A stretch of 64,000 bases of DNA from an uncultured virus (IMG/VR IMGVR_UViG_3300029305_009617) (taxonomy: Duplodnaviria > Heunggongvirae > Uroviricota > Caudoviricetes). Positions 18,745 through 27,892 of this stretch are shown one piece after another (the first letter of the stretch is position 1; the number at the start of each line of letters is the position of its first letter). Made by a program: the position numbers and the translations under genes. The notes beneath the pieces were generated by a model. That model worked only from the letters and a program-made list of their open reading frames with translations, was not told the DNA's origin and did no database searches. Where the stretch lies: IMG/VR virus record IMGVR_UViG_3300029305_009617; one strand, 5' to 3'.

Positions 18745-18925
18745 TTGCTTTTTTCTTGATAATTACGTATAATAAATACATTATATTTTGTTATTAGTTT
18801 TTCTTATATTCAAATCCTTGACGAAAGGTTTTTTTATAGGAAAACTTTGTCACAGCATAATTTATTCAGATCGCTTACGGCGGTCTTTTTTTTATGCACA
18901 TTTTTAAGAAAAGGAGGTATCTTCT
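18745..18925 (+). promoter_or_regulatory. Conserved leader copy 3
   Basis: TTGCTT-17-TATAAT(18768-18773); same structured UTR and hairpin plus T run as copies 1 and 2. Confidence 0.85.
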
Positions 18926-20764
18926 ATGGCCAAACGCATCATAGAGGAAGAACTTTCTTCGTTTGATGAAGTCTATGATTTATTTGACTTCTTTTTTAAT
19001 GAAGAAAGTCGTTCTGTATCAAACAAGGACAAAATTCTGCAAAATGCAGAAGAATATCTTTTAAAGGGGAAACGGTTATTTTCTCTGGCAAAGGAAAAAT
19101 TTGAAAAAGAATGTAAGAATATTTCTATGTCTCATATAGAAGAACAATTATATTCTTTGGATTTCGAAGATGCAAACTATACAAACTCTGTGATTGAAGT
19201 ATTACAGAAATTTGTAAGAAAGGTACTTAGAAATGCTGCTTCAAGTGAGGATAAAGACTTGCAATGTCTGCTTTCCTTAATTGAACCAGCTTATAATGCA
19301 ACTCTATCATTTGTTCCATTATCAATGGAGCCAAATCAGGTGCATTATAAGCAAGTAGCAAAAGGAGACCAAGTGGTGTGTCTTTCGATAAAAGAAGATT
19401 CATTTCCTGCTATTTGTGCATATGGAATAAAAAATCACAAACATGCGGAGGCTCAGATGAATCGTCTTTATAAAAGCGGTGACTGCCTAGCAGACATCGC
19501 TTATTTAATTTCATGGTTATTGTTACTATCTATTGGTAGCGCCGCCATGAAGGAAGGGCTTGTGGAACATAAGACTTACAGATTTAAGGAGATGTTTAAC
19601 TTGGGGTATTATAAGAATTTAAAGGATTCTTCTGATACATTACTCCCAATTGAACATTCATTTATTCGTAGTTGCCACAAAACTGATTTAGATTTGGATT
19701 TCTGGAATTTATTCTTTAATAAGTATTCGATTACTTTTGAAGATGTTAATGAGCGTTCTAGTTCATTAAAAAGAGCCTATCTTGATAAGGTTTCTCAGGA
19801 GTACACTTCTTTTGATGCAGTCCCGATGTTATTTTGCAGAGATACACTCATTCAGTTTGGTGATTTCTATGCGAAAGAGATTTTAGATTGCTATGGTTAC
19901 TTGCCATATCATTTATTTATTCGCCCATGCAATGTATGTGACAATGTTTTAAATGGCTATTGGGTATAACCTGCAAACTATACTGAATTAACAGATACGC
20001 TCACCAAAGGCTTTATAGCAAAGTATCAGTTAAATCATAATAAGTCAGTTGCTCTTAAAAATCTTAGAAATTTATCTTCTGAGTATGCTAAGAGTTACCA
20101 GACAAAGAAAAACATACCACAAAAAACCATTGTTGCAATGCAACGATCTCATTTCAATGAGTATTTCGGTTATGTGGAATATGACGAGGATGTGGATTTA
20201 ACAAAAATCAAGATTATCGAAGAACAATTTGTAGCATTTAAGGAGACTTATTTTCCGTTTATTAATGCAACACAAAATGCGATTCGTTTTCGAAGACTGG
20301 GAAATCATAAAGCTTCTGGCTTGTATTATCCGGTTGTGTCTTGTTTATGCGTAGATATTCATTCACCTTCCTCGCTGATCCATGAATTTGGACATCTGAT
20401 AGATTACTGTTACGGTAATTTGTCAACAAATGAAGATTTCTTACCTTTGGCGGAAGATTACAAATGTCTTCTAAATAAGGCAATGAAAGAGGATGAAGCT
20501 TTCGGCAAAGAACTCAGTAATAAAAGCAAAAAATACAATAAAGATTACTACCTAATTCCTACTGAGATTTTCGCAAGATGCTTCGAACTATATTGTAAGG
20601 AGATTAAGGGTATTAAAAACTCTTTAACTCCGTCTACCTGGGGACCGGCTTATCCTACAGGCCTAAATTTCATAAGTAAAATTAAAGACTACTTCGATGT
20701 AGTCTTTTCTTCTATGGAGTCAACTGCTGGTATGGTAGATAAATTAAAAGTTGCTTCAAAATAA
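18926..20764 (+). pseudogene. Single ~612-codon gene with a C-terminal zincin-like (LPD1/MPTase-type) domain, split by one in-frame TAA
   Basis: ORFs 18926-19969 and 20138-20764 share a frame; 19970-20137 is open; HEFGH and EIFARCFE motifs. Confidence 0.7.
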
Positions 20765-20786
20765 AAAAAGAAAAGGAGGTGTCCTG

Positions 20787-21734
20787 ATGATTAAGGATTT
20801 AATCATTGGAACAAAAGTAAGAGAGAATTGCTTTGTCTTAAAGCGTATGGCTCTTGCAAAAGATGACCAGTACATGGTTATTTTATCAGACAAATCCGGA
20901 GAGGTTGATGCAATATGTAATAAAGACCTTATAACGGAGGATATTAAAGGCTGCATCTCTGCAGCTGTGAAAATCACCGGTGTTGTAATGCCAGGACAGG
21001 AGCGCAAACCTGTTTTAAATATTAAAGAAATCTCCAAAGCTTCTTCTGATGATTATAAGCCTTCTGATTTATTCAATGGTTTATCAGAAGAAAAGATTGA
21101 GGAATACATTTCTTTAATATCAGAAATCAAAGGCTATGTAAAGCATGAAGGTTTTCGGGCATTACTCGATTTAGCTTTATCAGAAGAAACACTTTCAAAA
21201 TTTTCCGTAATGCCGGCAACGCTTGGTTATTATGGAAAGTATCGGGGTGGTGCACTGGCAGCGCCTGCTGTTATCAGTGTTATGTGTAAAGACATTGGAT
21301 GTGAATATGTAATTCATTACAATGCTTTACACCAAAAAAACATTGATTGGAGTTTACTTTTAACCGCTTCATTACTTGTAACATATGGCGTGTTAAATTT
21401 TATTACTCCAGTAGAGCCTTTTATCCGCACGCAAATTGGGGTTGATAGAGGGTACTGCTCAATTCTTCAAAGCATGATTGAAAAAATTATTTATACACAT
21501 GATTTACCAATTACCGAAGAAGAGCTATCAAGACTACTGAACGTAATATGTTGTTCCGTAGCAAGTAAGACTGGCATTATAGCCACGACAAAAGAGGGTA
21601 TCATTTTGCGTAAGGTATTAGCCCTTTATGCAGAACTTGATATGCTCGATATGGGAAGCTCAGAGCACGAAAAAAGTAGCGAGGAAGAGACATTTTATTA
21701 CGACCAAAAACTCCATCGTTACATTTCACATTAA
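20787..21734 (+). CDS. YhaM/Cbf1-like OB-fold + HD protein with degenerate active site
   Basis: LSDKSGEV OB fold; PA...GG motif; His/Asp metal ligands absent (LLVTYG where LHDIGK is expected). Confidence 0.7.
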   Translation: MIKDLIIGTKVRENCFVLKRMALAKDDQYMVILSDKSGEVDAICNKDLITEDIKGCISAAVKITGVVMPGQERKPVLNIKEISKASSDDYKPSDLFNGLSEEKIEEYISLISEIKGYVKHEGFRALLDLALSEETLSKFSVMPATLGYYGKYRGGALAAPAVISVMCKDIGCEYVIHYNALHQKNIDWSLLLTASLLVTYGVLNFITPVEPFIRTQIGVDRGYCSILQSMIEKIIYTHDLPITEEELSRLLNVICCSVASKTGIIATTKEGIILRKVLALYAELDMLDMGSSEHEKSSEEETFYYDQKLHRYISH

Positions 21735-21750
21735 GAAAGGAGGTGCGTTT

Positions 21751-22308
21751 ATGAGAATCCATAATATAACTCACGATGATATGCTAAATGGGACAGGTCT
21801 TCGTGTTGTCCTATGGGTTGCCGGATGTACCCATCACTGTAAAGAATGTCACAATCCTATTACCTGGGATGCTTGTGGAGGCATTCCATTTACAGAATGG
21901 GAAGAAGCTGAAGTATTTACATGGTTATCTAAACCATGGACGGAGGGTATTACATTCTCCGGCGGAGACCCGCTTCATCCAGACAACCGGGAAAAAATTG
22001 GAGAACTGGCTGGCTTTATCAAAAGTAAGTATCCCGATAAGAACATTTGGTGTTATACCGGGTATACGCTTTGTAACGAAAAAGGTCGGTTTTTATTCAA
22101 AAATGCAGCTGCATCAGAAGTATTTTCTTTGGACTGGCTTGATAAGATTGATGTCTTAGTAGACGGAAACTTTGATTGCGGCCAGAGAAGAAAGGATATC
22201 GAGGATGGAACTATTTGCCATTGGCGCGGTTCCAGTAACCAGAAAATAATTGATGTACCACTTTCGATAAGGAGTGGTTCTATTTGTTTATGGGAGGAAA
22301 AATCATGA
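21751..22308 (+). CDS. nrdG: Anaerobic ribonucleotide reductase activase
   Basis: NGTGLRVVLWVAGCTHHCKECHN, SGGDPL, RGSSNQ. Confidence 0.95.
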   Translation: MRIHNITHDDMLNGTGLRVVLWVAGCTHHCKECHNPITWDACGGIPFTEWEEAEVFTWLSKPWTEGITFSGGDPLHPDNREKIGELAGFIKSKYPDKNIWCYTGYTLCNEKGRFLFKNAAASEVFSLDWLDKIDVLVDGNFDCGQRRKDIEDGTICHWRGSSNQKIIDVPLSIRSGSICLWEEKS

Positions 22309-24434
22309 ACGTAAAGATTTTAAAAAAATCAGGTCTGAAACAAGACTGGGATTCTAACAAAATTCGTATTGCTGTAAATAAATCTGCGGTACGTGCAATC
22401 AATAGGGAATTTACAGAAAAAGAATTTTCTTTGATTATTGATGTTGTTGAAAACTTAGTAGATGCTACCGAAAGCACGGAGTTATCTGTAAGCTTGCTTC
22501 ATAATTATGTAGAATCAGCTTTAGAATTTGTAAATCCTAAAGTTGCGAAATCTTACAGAGACTTTCGTAATTATAAACAAGATTTAGCTGAAATGATGGC
22601 CAGTATTCATGCTAAAGCCAATCAAGTCATGTTCAGAGGCGACAAGGAAAATGCCAATGCCGACTCTGCTTTAGTATCTACAAAACGAACTCTTATACTT
22701 AATCACCTCAATAAAGAACTTTACCAAAAGTTTTTCTTAACGGCGGATGAATTAGAAGCGACTCGCGAGGGTTATATCTATATTCATGATATGTCAGCCA
22801 GACGAGATACTATGAACTGTTGCCTGTTTGATATGGCATCTGTATTAAGTTCTGGTTTTGAGATGGGCAATATCTGGTATAACGAGCCAAATTCTCTTGA
22901 TACTGCAGGTGATGTAATTGGTGACATCGTACTTAGTGCTGCCAGTCAGCAATATGGTGGATTTACGGTTCCAGAGATAGACAAGGTGTTAGCACCATAT
23001 GCGAAAAAATCGTATGACCGTAAATTAGAGAAGTATTTGACTCGTTGTCATATGGAGAAGCATGAGGCAGAAGACTTGGCTTGGGAAGAAACAGAGAAAG
23101 AAATGGAGCAGGTATTTCAAGGTTGGGAGTATAAGTTTAATACGGTTGCTTCCAGCCGTGGTGATTATCCATTTATTACCTTAACTTTTGGACTTGGTAC
23201 AGATAAATTTGCGAAACTTGCAAGTCTTACCTGTTTACGGGTTCGTAAAGAAGGACAAGGTAAAAAAGGATTTAAAAAACCTGTACTGTTTCCAAAACTT
23301 GTGTTTTTATTTGATGAGAACCTTCATGGTCCCGGAAAAGAACTTGAAGATGTCTTTGAAATGGGTATTGACTGCTCATTAAAGACCATGTATCCGGATT
23401 GGCTTAGTTTAACTGGAAAAGGATATGTTGCAGATATGTATAAGGAGTACAAAAAACCTATCTCTCCTATGGGATGCAGAGCATTTTTAAGTCCTTGGTG
23501 GGAAAAAGGTGGCTTATATAAAGCCGATTGTGAAGATACTCCTATCTTTGTTGGGCGCTTTAATATTGGTGCCGTATCTTTGCATTTGCCGATGATTTAT
23601 GCAAAGGCAAAAGAAGAATCTAAAAATTTCTATGAGGTTTTGGATTTCTATCTGCAGATGATCCGCAGGTTACATCTTCGTACCTGGGATTATTTAGGGG
23701 AAATGAAAGCAAGTATTAATCCACTTGGTTTTTGTGAAGGCGGTTTCCTTGGTGGGCACTTAAAACTTCACGACAAGATAAAACCTGTCCTTGACAGTAG
23801 TACTGCATCCTTTGGTATTACAGCACTAAATGAATTGCAGCAGTTGCACAACGGAAATTCACTTGCTAAAGATGGAACCTTTGCTCTTGAAGTGATGGAA
23901 TATATAAACAATCGTATCAATGATTTTAAGCAGGAAGATGGTAGATTGTACGCTATCTATGGTACACCTGCCGAAAATCTTTGTGGTTTACAGGTCCGCC
24001 AGTTTAGAGACCGATTTGGTGTGATTGAAAACGTAAGTGACAAGGCGTATGTTTCAAACAGTTTCCATTGCCACGTATCTGAAAACATTACCCCTACTGA
24101 GAAACAGGATATAGAATATAAGTTCTGGAATCTTTTCAATGGTGGCAAAATTCAGTACGTGAAATATCCTACCGACTATAACAGAAATGCTATTAAGGCA
24201 CTCATTTATAGAGCGATGGATATGGGCTATTATGAAGGAGTTAATATGGCTCTTTCGTATTGTGATGATTGTGGTCATCATGAACTTAACATGGATATAT
24301 GTCCATGTTGTGGAAGCAGAAACTTAACTAAAATAGACCGTATGAATGGGTATTTGGCATTTTCAAGAGTTAAAGGTGACTCAAGACTTGCCGACCATAA
24401 AATGGTTGAGATTAGTGATAGAGTATCTATGTAA
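22305..24434 (+). CDS. nrdD: Anaerobic (class III) ribonucleotide reductase with ATP cone
   Basis: IYIHD, NCCL, PMGCR, YGTPAE, CxxC..CPxC, RMNGYL glycyl-radical motif. Confidence 0.97.
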   Translation: MNVKILKKSGLKQDWDSNKIRIAVNKSAVRAINREFTEKEFSLIIDVVENLVDATESTELSVSLLHNYVESALEFVNPKVAKSYRDFRNYKQDLAEMMASIHAKANQVMFRGDKENANADSALVSTKRTLILNHLNKELYQKFFLTADELEATREGYIYIHDMSARRDTMNCCLFDMASVLSSGFEMGNIWYNEPNSLDTAGDVIGDIVLSAASQQYGGFTVPEIDKVLAPYAKKSYDRKLEKYLTRCHMEKHEAEDLAWEETEKEMEQVFQGWEYKFNTVASSRGDYPFITLTFGLGTDKFAKLASLTCLRVRKEGQGKKGFKKPVLFPKLVFLFDENLHGPGKELEDVFEMGIDCSLKTMYPDWLSLTGKGYVADMYKEYKKPISPMGCRAFLSPWWEKGGLYKADCEDTPIFVGRFNIGAVSLHLPMIYAKAKEESKNFYEVLDFYLQMIRRLHLRTWDYLGEMKASINPLGFCEGGFLGGHLKLHDKIKPVLDSSTASFGITALNELQQLHNGNSLAKDGTFALEVMEYINNRINDFKQEDGRLYAIYGTPAENLCGLQVRQFRDRFGVIENVSDKAYVSNSFHCHVSENITPTEKQDIEYKFWNLFNGGKIQYVKYPTDYNRNAIKALIYRAMDMGYYEGVNMALSYCDDCGHHELNMDICPCCGSRNLTKIDRMNGYLAFSRVKGDSRLADHKMVEISDRVSM

Positions 24435-24450
24435 AGGAGGTACGTTCCCT

Positions 24451-25320
24451 ATGAAAGAGGAACTCAAAAGTTATCTGGCCGGAAATAAAGAGTCCGGCCT
24501 TTTACTTACTGGTAATGTTGGACTTCCTATGTTATCAGAAGCATTGGCTGTAGCAAGTATATTGCTTTCTACACCTGTAGAACAGCTACCAATTCACCCG
24601 GATTATCTTTTTATAGATAAAGGTGATGAAAAATCTATTGGCGTAGCACAGTCAGATTTGATTGTTAAAAAGGCAGGCTTGTTGCCGGCTGTATCAAATA
24701 AAATTGTCATTGTTATTGACGGTTTTGATTCTATGACTGTTCAAGCTCAGAATAAATTACTAAAGACCATCGAAGAAAACGATTCTGTTTTAGTAATTGC
24801 AGTAGCGTATACGAATGCCGTTCTTGATACGATTAAATCAAGGATGCGCGTTGTAGAATATGAACCTCTTAGTAAAGATTCATTCCTTGAATTTTGCAAG
24901 AACCAGGGTATTCCGGATGCTTCATATTTTTATTATGCATCTGGAGGTTGTCCTGAAAATAAGGATTGTGAGCAGCTCGCCAAACTTTACAAAGGTATTG
25001 GAGAGTGTATCTTGAAAAAAAACATTCCTCAAATCTATTCTTTACTGCACTTAGTAAAAGAAAAAGATAAAGGGAATTTCTATCAGGTGGGAAATGTTTG
25101 CAATCTTTTTTGTTTTTTTGGTGCGTTTGTCGCGGACTGCGCAATCTGTATTGTAAGCCCATCAAGTTCGTTCTTTGAACTTGATTCGATTCCTTATGAT
25201 ATGAAAACTCTTGCAAATTGCCAAAATAGTATCGTACAGGCTTTAGAACATTGTGACTTGGCGAGCTATTCACAGGATGATTTTTTCTTAGATGTAATTA
25301 ACATTTTTGAATGCTTATAA
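24451..25320 (+). CDS. holB: DNA polymerase III delta-prime-like protein
   Basis: HPDY, SIGV, AQNKLLKTIEE, TIKSR; degenerate Walker A. Confidence 0.85.
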   Translation: MKEELKSYLAGNKESGLLLTGNVGLPMLSEALAVASILLSTPVEQLPIHPDYLFIDKGDEKSIGVAQSDLIVKKAGLLPAVSNKIVIVIDGFDSMTVQAQNKLLKTIEENDSVLVIAVAYTNAVLDTIKSRMRVVEYEPLSKDSFLEFCKNQGIPDASYFYYASGGCPENKDCEQLAKLYKGIGECILKKNIPQIYSLLHLVKEKDKGNFYQVGNVCNLFCFFGAFVADCAICIVSPSSSFFELDSIPYDMKTLANCQNSIVQALEHCDLASYSQDDFFLDVINIFECL

Positions 25321-25340
25321 TTATAAAAGGAGGTGGCAAT

Positions 25341-25676
25341 ATGGCGAACTTATATAGTATTTGTTGCCTTTTATCAGATTACCATGAATCCAATGGAAAA
25401 GACCTGTATTTCGTAGGTATATTTGATAAACAAAATCTGAAAAAAGGAATTAAAGAATTTATATCTCGGATGGAAAGAAAAGGCTTTCCATCTGATGTTC
25501 CAGATGAGTATGTTCAAGAACTCATCGAAAGCGATGTGACTGATGAGTTCCTTGAAGAAATTATCCATGACCCGGAACTTATTTTCACTCTTGTCGGAAT
25601 AACATATGCGTTCTTTGTTCAGGAAGCAGAATGTAACACAGTAAATGAGTTACAAATGATGTTTCTAGCAGACTAA
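25341..25676 (+). CDS. Hypothetical protein
   Basis: AGGAGG RBS. Confidence 0.65.
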   Translation: MANLYSICCLLSDYHESNGKDLYFVGIFDKQNLKKGIKEFISRMERKGFPSDVPDEYVQELIESDVTDEFLEEIIHDPELIFTLVGITYAFFVQEAECNTVNELQMMFLAD

Positions 25677-25732
25677 GGATACTTATGAAACTATCTTACT
25701 TAGTAACGCAGAAAATCTGCAGAAAGGAAAAT

Positions 25733-25960
25733 ATGAGTAAATTCTTAATATGGTGTTTCAACGACACCCATACAATCAGAACAGAAGAAAAAACTACTTC
25801 TGAAAAAAAAGCCCATAGAATTTATGCAAAAGCTGTAAAAAGTGGTCTTTATTCTTCCGTAACTTTGAGGAAAGAATCAAGAACACATGGCTATGCGATA
25901 AAATCATGGTCAAAAGATGATGGTGAAGTTATTTATAATATTCACGCAAATAAATCGTAG
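25733..25960 (+). CDS. Small hypothetical protein
   Basis: AAAGGA RBS. Confidence 0.55.
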   Translation: MSKFLIWCFNDTHTIRTEEKTTSEKKAHRIYAKAVKSGLYSSVTLRKESRTHGYAIKSWSKDDGEVIYNIHANKS

Positions 25961-26019
25961 ATTGAACCGATAGTTACATCTGGTTAATAAATGAAAAAAA
26001 CTTAGTGAGGTGAAATATA

Positions 26020-26298
26020 ATGACAACAATGGAATGGAAAGAGATTGAACCAGAACAAAAGGACTGGGAAAAGCAGATTAATATTGTAGCATATGAAGGA
26101 ATGTACACCATTGGAAACATCGCATATTGCGGTGACGAATTTGGTTGGATATTTACCATTGGAAATCGTCAGGATAGTTTACTTGCAAAAAATGAGGAAG
26201 AAGCCAAGGACGAATTTATATGTATCTTGGATGAACATTTTCAAGGCGAAATTAATTTTTATGGTGAACTTAAAGAAAGCCTTAGTAATTTGAGCTGA
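26020..26298 (+). CDS. Small phage-type protein
   Basis: GAGGTG RBS. Confidence 0.6.
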   Translation: MTTMEWKEIEPEQKDWEKQINIVAYEGMYTIGNIAYCGDEFGWIFTIGNRQDSLLAKNEEEAKDEFICILDEHFQGEINFYGELKESLSNLS

Positions 26299-26319
26299 AT
26301 GGTAGAAAGGGAACAAAAA

Positions 26320-26574
26320 ATGCCACAAATAACAAAAAGATTTGGAACAGATAAAGTTCAAACCGGCATTTGCCAATTCTGTGGTGGTAAAGCAACACTT
26401 TTGTGTGATATGCCAAAAGAAACGTCAGTAATCACTATGAAAGCATTATATACAGATACTTGTGATAATGAAATGTGTGAAAAATGTTCCATTAAATTTC
26501 ATGGAAATGATTTCTGCATTGGCTGTATTAGAGAAATCAGAACAATATGGAACAATCGACAAACTGAATGTTAG
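26320..26574 (+). CDS. Small Zn-finger-like protein
   Basis: CQFC, LCD, CEKC, CIGC. Confidence 0.6.
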   Translation: MPQITKRFGTDKVQTGICQFCGGKATLLCDMPKETSVITMKALYTDTCDNEMCEKCSIKFHGNDFCIGCIREIRTIWNNRQTEC

Positions 26575-26601
26575 CGGTATAACCGCAGAAAGGAATTGAC
26601 A

Positions 26602-26910
26602 ATGGCAAAGTATGTACATTGGTTGAAAATAGATGGTTTTTCATCTTGCGAAGAAACTGCATCACAGTTTCTTGCCATTGAAAACTATTTAAAAGCATAT
26701 CCGACGGCAAACGCCATGTTATACGAATACGATAGTGGTTCGTTTAATTGGGTAGTACGTTTGGAATGCGAACAGTGTTACAACGAATTGGATATGGATG
26801 TAAATAGTGGCTCGACAAGATTAGTAAGGCTTTCTTCTAAACCAAAGAATATTGGAAGAGAAAGAATTTTCAAATTTCCAGAGCATTACAGAAAATACAT
26901 TCGTAATTAA
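26602..26910 (+). CDS. Hypothetical protein
   Basis: AAAGGA RBS. Confidence 0.6.
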   Translation: MAKYVHWLKIDGFSSCEETASQFLAIENYLKAYPTANAMLYEYDSGSFNWVVRLECEQCYNELDMDVNSGSTRLVRLSSKPKNIGRERIFKFPEHYRKYIRN

Positions 26911-26934
26911 ACCGCACGTCAACGAGGTAGTAAT

Positions 26935-27114
26935 ATGGAACGATTAATCATGCGAATTGGTTTGACACTAATTATTACATTTTTATATTGTAGTATATGG
27001 TGTTATATCGAAAAGAGGATTACGGGCTGTATCATCAATAGTACTGTAGATAATATTATGATGCTTTTATTTATTCCAATTATCTTTATTGCTACAGACG
27101 TAATGATTAAATAG
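26935..27114 (+). CDS. Small two-TM membrane protein, 59 aa
   Basis: GAGGT RBS; hydrophobic open frame. Confidence 0.5.
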   Translation: MERLIMRIGLTLIITFLYCSIWCYIEKRITGCIINSTVDNIMMLLFIPIIFIATDVMIK

Positions 27115-27148
27115 TCCATACATGAAAATACAATTTCATAAAGACAAT

Positions 27149-27205
27149 AGCTCTTATATGGGGCTAGATGCTGTGCATCCGGACTAACCCCACGTTATAG
27201 GAGTT
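27149..27205 (+). ncRNA. Structured cis-element family 2, copy C (divergent)
   Basis: ATGC/GCAT inner hairpin; CTAACCCCACGTTATAGG; outer stem AGCTCT/GGAGTT. Confidence 0.55.
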
Positions 27206-27228
27206 AATTTTTTATAAAGGAGATTTTT

Positions 27229-27399
27229 ATGGAAGGAAATTGTAGTTATCAAAGATGTCTGACCTGTTCCATAAAAACATGTTGGACAGGTGAAATAGCG
27301 CGCAGCCAAGGGAAAAAAGGATATGATGCGCATATTAAAATGCTTGATGATGCTGAAACTCGCCTTCACTCAGAACTAGAAAGCGAAGAATACGCTTGA
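27229..27399 (+). CDS. Small Cys-containing protein, 56 aa
   Basis: AAGGAG RBS just after structured element C. Confidence 0.5.
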   Translation: MEGNCSYQRCLTCSIKTCWTGEIARSQGKKGYDAHIKMLDDAETRLHSELESEEYA

Positions 27400-27429
27400 G
27401 TCTGATTTTATGAAAAGGAGGTACATCAT

Positions 27430-27879
27430 ATGCGAGTTGATGATGTGTATGTAATTACACCATATGACTGTAATTACCATAAGGATATTACAGAGCTGGA
27501 CATATTGGACGCTTGTAATAGCTCAAATATATCTCTTTCTTCTTTACAAAAAGAAGAATTTACGAAGGAATATATTATAAAAACATTGGGTAGATATATT
27601 GACGGATATCCCGGTGCATTTACCTTTAAAAAAGATTATAAGAATATTGTTTTTAGTACGCTTTATTCTAAATTTAAAGAGGAATGCGAACGTCTTACTT
27701 TTGAAGATTTTTGCAAGCCTTTTTATTTAAGTACCGTTTCATCTGATAGTCCAATTATTGTGTATTGCAATGATGAAACAGGTATCACAGTTGGCATACT
27801 GGAAGACTTTTTACGTATGCCTGATTTAATAGAACAAACCACTTTTAAAGTGGTTGCTTTATATTCAAGACGTATGTAG
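27430..27879 (+). CDS. Hypothetical protein
   Basis: AAGGAGG RBS. Confidence 0.65.
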   Translation: MRVDDVYVITPYDCNYHKDITELDILDACNSSNISLSSLQKEEFTKEYIIKTLGRYIDGYPGAFTFKKDYKNIVFSTLYSKFKEECERLTFEDFCKPFYLSTVSSDSPIIVYCNDETGITVGILEDFLRMPDLIEQTTFKVVALYSRRM

Positions 27880-27892
27880 AAAGGAGAAAGTC

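Noticed and set aside
19967..19969. Stop-codon reassignment or suppression by the element's tRNA-Gln
   Set aside because: The anticodon is TTG, not a suppressor, and TAA, TAG and TGA all end conserved genes normally in this window.
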